From assembly GCF_000025125.1 (NCBI RefSeq), contig NC_013771.1, positions 1,380,001-1,412,000 on the forward strand: a stretch of DNA of 32,000 bases, read 5' to 3'. The stretch comes from Candidatus Atelocyanobacterium thalassa isolate ALOHA. GTDB lineage: Bacteria; Cyanobacteriota; Cyanobacteriia; Cyanobacteriales; Microcystaceae. Shown piece by piece: positions 27,643 through 32,000 of the stretch (positions are counted from its first letter, which is position 1; each line of letters begins with the position of its first letter). Under the pieces are notes generated by a model. That model made no database searches. It had not been told where the DNA came from and was given only the letters and a program-made list of their open reading frames with translations. The position numbers and the translations under genes were made by a program.

Positions 27643-28002
27643 ATGATGAGTAAGGAATTAGATCGCTCTCAAGATTTTTTTAGTAGTGAAAACGAGACTG
27701 GAGACGCTTTATGGAAATATGTTCAATCTCTTAGTTCAGAAACTATTTCTCAACTATCTAAACCTGACTCTATAGAAGTTTTTCAGGTTATGGAGCAAAA
27801 TGTCATTGGTTTACTAGGTAGTCTTCCCTCTGAACATTTTAATGTAACCATTAGTACAAGTAGAGATCACTTAGGAAAGTTATTAGCCTCAGCAATGATG
27901 AGTGGCTACTTTTTACGGAATGCAGAACAAAGACTAAATCTTGAGCAATCTTTACAAGCAATTGATAATAATTTACAAAATGATAATCAATCTCATATCT
28001 AA
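27643..28002 (+). CDS. Small conserved cyanobacterial/plastid-lineage protein (DUF760-like)
   Basis: 119 aa. The pattern LWKYVQSL...EVFQVMEQNVIGLLGSLPSEHFNVTISTSRDHLGKLLASAMMSGYFLRNAEQRL matches my recollection of DUF760 proteins. A GAGG sequence lies 7 nt upstream of the ATG. Confidence 0.6.
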   Translation: MMSKELDRSQDFFSSENETGDALWKYVQSLSSETISQLSKPDSIEVFQVMEQNVIGLLGSLPSEHFNVTISTSRDHLGKLLASAMMSGYFLRNAEQRLNLEQSLQAIDNNLQNDNQSHI

Positions 28003-28415
28003 TTTATAAAAAACTTTAAAAAAATTAAATCCAACTCTATAAATATTATTTTATAGAATTTCTGATATGTAAGTTGAGATAATAGCTTTATTTTATTCAT
28101 TCTAATAAGAATCAAAACGTGCTTAGCTCAATAATTTAGAATCACAATTACTCAAAACCATGTTATTTTGAAGCATGGTTAGTATAGCTACAATGATTAA
28201 ACAAATTTTACTGTATCATTGATATAATTAAGTAGTTTTAAAATAATAGAAGCCTTAAGTAAAGTAAATTTCAAAAATATTATATGCAAAATTGATCTCA
28301 TATATAGCTTGTTTTTAGCTCAATATGTCAATTAACTATAAATGAATTTGAGAGATATTTAATACAATTAGACGCTCACTAAAGCTTTACAGTAACTAAT
28401 TTTTATTTTTATTCT

Positions 28416-29126
28416 ATGGATGATTCTAATTGGGTAGATAGCGATGAATTGATTCAACATTCATCATCTTCTAAGTCGAAAGTTTTATATTCACAACCTA
28501 AATCTTTTAAATTTCAACAGACCTTGGCTATGGTAGAAACTGCTTTTTTAGCAAGTGCAAGTAGCTTGATTTGGTTAATTAATACTTATGTCCCTTTGGG
28601 TATAGTATTGCGAGTTTTTTTCCCTATTCCGATCGCAATCTTGTGTCTAAGATGGGGAAGTCGCTCAGCTTGGATGGGATGGTTAGTATCTGGACTACTA
28701 TTGACAGTTTTAATGGGTCCTATTCAAAGTATTCTTTTTATAACTAATTATGGTTTACTAAGTATACAATTGGGAGCATTTTGGCGTAAAAATATCAGCT
28801 GGGAATTTTCAATATTTATAGGCGCTATAATCTCTATTTTTAGTTTTTTCTTCAAATTTTGGTTATTTTCAATTTTGACAGGAGAAGATTTATGGCAATA
28901 TTCTATTAATCAAATGACTAGTCTTGCTGAATGGTTATTTTTAAAATTCGGAACTTTAATACAACCAAGCTTTTTATTAGTTCAATTATTTACATGCTTA
29001 TTAATATTTATCAATAGTATCATCTATTTATTTGCTGTACATGTAGTAGCATTAATGGTGTTGGATAAATTAGGCAATCCTATTACACGCCCACCAAAGT
29101 GGGTTCAAATAATTTTAGATTATTAA
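28416..29126 (+). CDS. Polytopic membrane protein (DUF2232-like), function unknown
   Basis: 236 aa with about 6 hydrophobic helices after a hydrophilic N-terminus. The family assignment is from memory only. Confidence 0.5.
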   Translation: MDDSNWVDSDELIQHSSSSKSKVLYSQPKSFKFQQTLAMVETAFLASASSLIWLINTYVPLGIVLRVFFPIPIAILCLRWGSRSAWMGWLVSGLLLTVLMGPIQSILFITNYGLLSIQLGAFWRKNISWEFSIFIGAIISIFSFFFKFWLFSILTGEDLWQYSINQMTSLAEWLFLKFGTLIQPSFLLVQLFTCLLIFINSIIYLFAVHVVALMVLDKLGNPITRPPKWVQIILDY

Positions 29127-29175
29127 TATATCCAATACATATAGGTTAATTGATAAATTTTTTCAGACCCTGATC

Positions 29176-30447
29176 TCAAAGGTCAATATTATCAGATTGT
29201 TCAATAACACCTTTTTCAGTTGTGTAAACTAATTTACTATCACTAACTTCATGTTTCCCTTGATTTAAAAACTGAGCTACATAACGCAGTTTATGTTTTA
29301 TTACTTCGTTTTCCCTATTAAAAACAGATGACCTTTCTTTTCTTTTAGAGTTTCTTATATTAATCTTAGTATTTCTTGATTGGATAACAAAATAGCGAAT
29401 TAAAGGTAATCCTAGAAATAAGGATGCATAACTAAATAAAAACCAATAAAAGGAGTTTATAAAGCCAATAAAACCATCAAGCTCTAAAATAATATTTTGA
29501 TCTTTTAACAATGAACCTAATACTAAAACTAATATAAAGTTAATTACACCTAAACTAACAACCGAAACTTTTTGACTACTACTGATACGAGTGAAGTTGT
29601 ATAGTTTTTCCTCAAAATTTGTATTAACGTGCTTTTCAGGCAAGCTTTCAGTAAATGTTTGTAATTCAGGAAAACTATATATTAATTCACCTTTTGATGT
29701 AACATTTGGGATACCAGCGAATCTTTTAAGCACTGGTAAAACATAATCTTCATTATCTTCATTGTATTTGTTAATACCATCAAGATAAGGTGCTAATTGC
29801 TCTGCAATCACAACTCCTTTATTGTTATAAATAACTCTACTAATTATTTCCCAACGAATTTCTTCTAAATTTAAGTTTGGATTTCCATCTCCAAAAAGAA
29901 AAGAAAAAACTGCTTCTAGAAAAGTAATTTTTTCGGATGTCGTATCTTCCTTATATTTAGAAGAGGAAAAAGAATTATAACTACGAGTAGGGTAAAAAAT
30001 CCAAAATAAATCACCAAAGTTAGGTAAGAAAAAAAAGCTTATTCCTCTACTTTGATTGGAGTATCTATTATTTTCTTCTCTATCAGATTGTAGACTTGTA
30101 ATAATAATAACTATGGCAGCAAGTACTACTAGAATTGAAGAAATTAAAATAACTCCGAAAGAAATTCTAATTAAATAAAACAAAACCGCCCAAACTTTTA
30201 TCCAAATTACGTTTAACCTTGAAATTAAATTTTTTTTAAAAAAAATAGTACGAAGGTTTTTGGAAAAAATATAAATAATTGTTCCTGATTCAGTTACTTG
30301 TAAATTACCGAATGTGTCTGATGCTAAGCTAAGTAATTCTTTTTGTACTACAGAAGGACTAATCCCAGAATATGAAGCTACATCTCCAACAGTAACGCGA
30401 TAGTCTAGTTTTTCAACAGAATCAATAATTTTTAACTGAAGAGCCAT
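29176..30447 (-). CDS. Conserved membrane protein of unknown function
   Basis: 423 aa. A soluble N-terminal region of about 75 aa is followed by a TM segment and a loop containing FSFLFGDGNPN. C-terminal TM helices and a basic tail follow. Confidence 0.55.
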   Translation of the reverse strand: MALQLKIIDSVEKLDYRVTVGDVASYSGISPSVVQKELLSLASDTFGNLQVTESGTIIYIFSKNLRTIFFKKNLISRLNVIWIKVWAVLFYLIRISFGVILISSILVVLAAIVIIITSLQSDREENNRYSNQSRGISFFFLPNFGDLFWIFYPTRSYNSFSSSKYKEDTTSEKITFLEAVFSFLFGDGNPNLNLEEIRWEIISRVIYNNKGVVIAEQLAPYLDGINKYNEDNEDYVLPVLKRFAGIPNVTSKGELIYSFPELQTFTESLPEKHVNTNFEEKLYNFTRISSSQKVSVVSLGVINFILVLVLGSLLKDQNIILELDGFIGFINSFYWFLFSYASLFLGLPLIRYFVIQSRNTKINIRNSKRKERSSVFNRENEVIKHKLRYVAQFLNQGKHEVSDSKLVYTTEKGVIEQSDNIDL

Positions 30448-30868
30448 ATGATAAATACCTTATTACAAATCCTATCTCTCAATTACTAGTTATATGATGA
30501 AGAAGTTTTTAATTTATGAATATAAACTACTGTCTTACTATATTATATATAGAATTTATATTATTAACAGTAAACTAGTATTTTAGTTTTTATTAAAAAA
30601 ACACTAAAAGTTTTCATAGTATACTTTATTGTCTTATTAGACATAGCGTACTAAAGTTGCATTGAAAGATTAGGCATAAAAATTATATAAAATTTATTTT
30701 AAGATAATACTTTTTAAAAATTACTTTTATTTTTTCAATTATTTAATAAATCATATCATTTAAAATTTTGGTAATTAATTAGTCTTAAAAACTTATACAA
30801 GAAATTAATTTATACTTCTTTTTATTACTATAAAATTGATATGTACTTGATTTTTGAGATAATTATTC

Positions 30869-32000
30869 ATGAAATCGCTTGAAGCAGAAGTTCATAAATC
30901 TCTAAAAGAATTTTTAAAACAATGTCGAAAACCTTTTGGAGAAAGTCACTTAACAATGGCTAGACTAATTTCACATATTTTATGTCTTCAACGTTCTGCG
31001 ATTATTCAAACTAATAGTTCTATTTCTTATTATGGTTTAAGCTACTTGTTCCCATCTTTATTATTTAACAGGCCAATTTTACTAGTTGCACCTTTAAGTA
31101 TTCAACATAATTTTAAAAGACGAGAAATACCTTATTTACGGCAATGGTTAAAGCAACACAATATTATTTTTAATGAGACATGTGAGAAACGGCTAAATAA
31201 CTTTCATGGATTACTTATTGTTTCCCCACACATCTGGTTACATAGTTATTTTAAAGAGCAAAAATACTTACTTTCCAACACTTTAACTTTAATTGATAGA
31301 GCTGATCACTTAGAAAAATGGACAAGAAATTACTTGACAGTTACTATTACTCCTAGAAGTTGGAAAAACCTAGAAGATAATTATTTGTATTTTAGTACTT
31401 TAATTTATAAAGTAAAATCTTTCCTTAAATATTCTATTTCTAATTATTCTGATAATCCTTATCAACAATATCTATTAGGTTTAGAAGAAAAGAAAAGTCT
31501 ACTAACTCTCTGTAAAAGTATTCCTCAGGATAGTTTTTTAAATCTTGTTGAGGAGAAAATTTTAGATGATAACTACTTTTTATGGGCATCGATAAGTCGT
31601 CAAAAACGTACTTTTTTGATTCATCTAAGTCCTCTTGATCTCTTTTCTACTTTATCTCCATTACTTCATAGCTTTAACACTATTTTTATTGGAGAAATTC
31701 TAGATTATAATAAATCTGCTCTTATATACAGGAAAAATGTTGGTATTAGGGAAAAACTTTTGTGTTTAAAACTTTCTCAAAATCAACTAAGTAAAATAGT
31801 CAATCTATATATCTACGATCGTCTACCAATGCCTAATACTTCAAGGTTTCAAGAAACTTTAATACTACACATAAAAAAGATCGTTCATGGTAGTTATAGT
31901 CAATTAAAACCTATCTTAATTATTATTGATGATATTCCCCTTAAAAAGAAAGTTGCAGTTTCTCTAACTTCAGAATTTGGATCAAAAATAAAAATAGAAA
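30869..32000 (+). CDS. DinG/Rad3-like helicase-family protein, N-terminal 377 codons (runs off window); ATPase motifs look degenerate
   Basis: This ORF is not in the supplied track because it is open-ended. My translation from the ATG at 30869 has no stop through 32000: MKSLEAEVHKSLKEFLKQCRKPFGESHLTMARLISHILCLQRSAIIQTNSSISYYGLSYLFPSLL...LIDRADHLEKW... The layout resembles DinG motif I and II regions, but GxGKS/T and DEAH are not intact. Confidence 0.5.
   Translation, partial: MKSLEAEVHKSLKEFLKQCRKPFGESHLTMARLISHILCLQRSAIIQTNSSISYYGLSYLFPSLLFNRPILLVAPLSIQHNFKRREIPYLRQWLKQHNIIFNETCEKRLNNFHGLLIVSPHIWLHSYFKEQKYLLSNTLTLIDRADHLEKWTRNYLTVTITPRSWKNLEDNYLYFSTLIYKVKSFLKYSISNYSDNPYQQYLLGLEEKKSLLTLCKSIPQDSFLNLVEEKILDDNYFLWASISRQKRTFLIHLSPLDLFSTLSPLLHSFNTIFIGEILDYNKSALIYRKNVGIREKLLCLKLSQNQLSKIVNLYIYDRLPMPNTSRFQETLILHIKKIVHGSYSQLKPILIIIDDIPLKKKVAVSLTSEFGSKIKIE

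Noticed and set aside
1-32000. A search for CRISPR arrays, IS or transposase genes, integrases, phage genes, toxin-antitoxin pairs or defence islands.
   Set aside because: I found no regularly spaced repeats, no terminal inverted repeats flanking an ORF, and no ORF with transposase, integrase, nuclease-NTPase or defence-type motifs. Every ORF of 100 aa or more is either a recognisable core gene or a plain conserved hypothetical.

Overview
The window is AT-rich (roughly 30% G+C by eye) and carries a cyanobacterial housekeeping gene set. On the minus strand the genes are: an ECF-type transporter module (S-like membrane protein, fused double ATPase, partial T component), pyrF, the ctaC-ctaD-ctaE cytochrome c oxidase operon, a class A beta-lactamase-like hydrolase, ndk, cobS, an AEC-family permease, an RNR beta subunit, clpB and a 423-aa membrane protein. 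On the plus strand they are: a VOC/glyoxalase protein, a RumA/RlmD-type rRNA methyltransferase, an RsbW-like kinase, a UDP-sugar epimerase, a sugar-type ABC binding lipoprotein, a small secreted PPC-domain protein, an M50 site-2 protease, a group-2 sigma-70 factor, DUF760-like and DUF2232-like proteins, and the 5' part of a DinG-like helicase. I found no transposase, integrase, CRISPR array, toxin-antitoxin pair or recognisable defence genes, so this looks like core chromosome rather than an accessory island. Summing the gaps between my calls gives about 5.8 kb (about 18%) noncoding, including two spacers of about 0.9 kb. Together with the AT bias and the gene content, this suggests, by inference only, a reduced-genome unicellular cyanobacterium such as UCYN-A (Candidatus Atelocyanobacterium thalassa) or a diatom spheroid body. 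The two observations best supported by the sequence are: (1) the only RNA gene is a tRNA-Arg(CCU) split in its anticodon loop by a 255-nt ORF-less group I intron with an Azoarcus-like (IC3) core; (2) the RumA-family methyltransferase loses its conserved catalytic C-terminus (FPQTSHLE) to a 1-nt frameshift in a T6 run. Other points are weaker: structured elements in the long spacers, an ECF module of unknown substrate with one degenerate ATPase site, a helicase homologue with apparently dead ATPase motifs, and an orphan solute-binding protein. I did not find a convincing novel multi-gene system.
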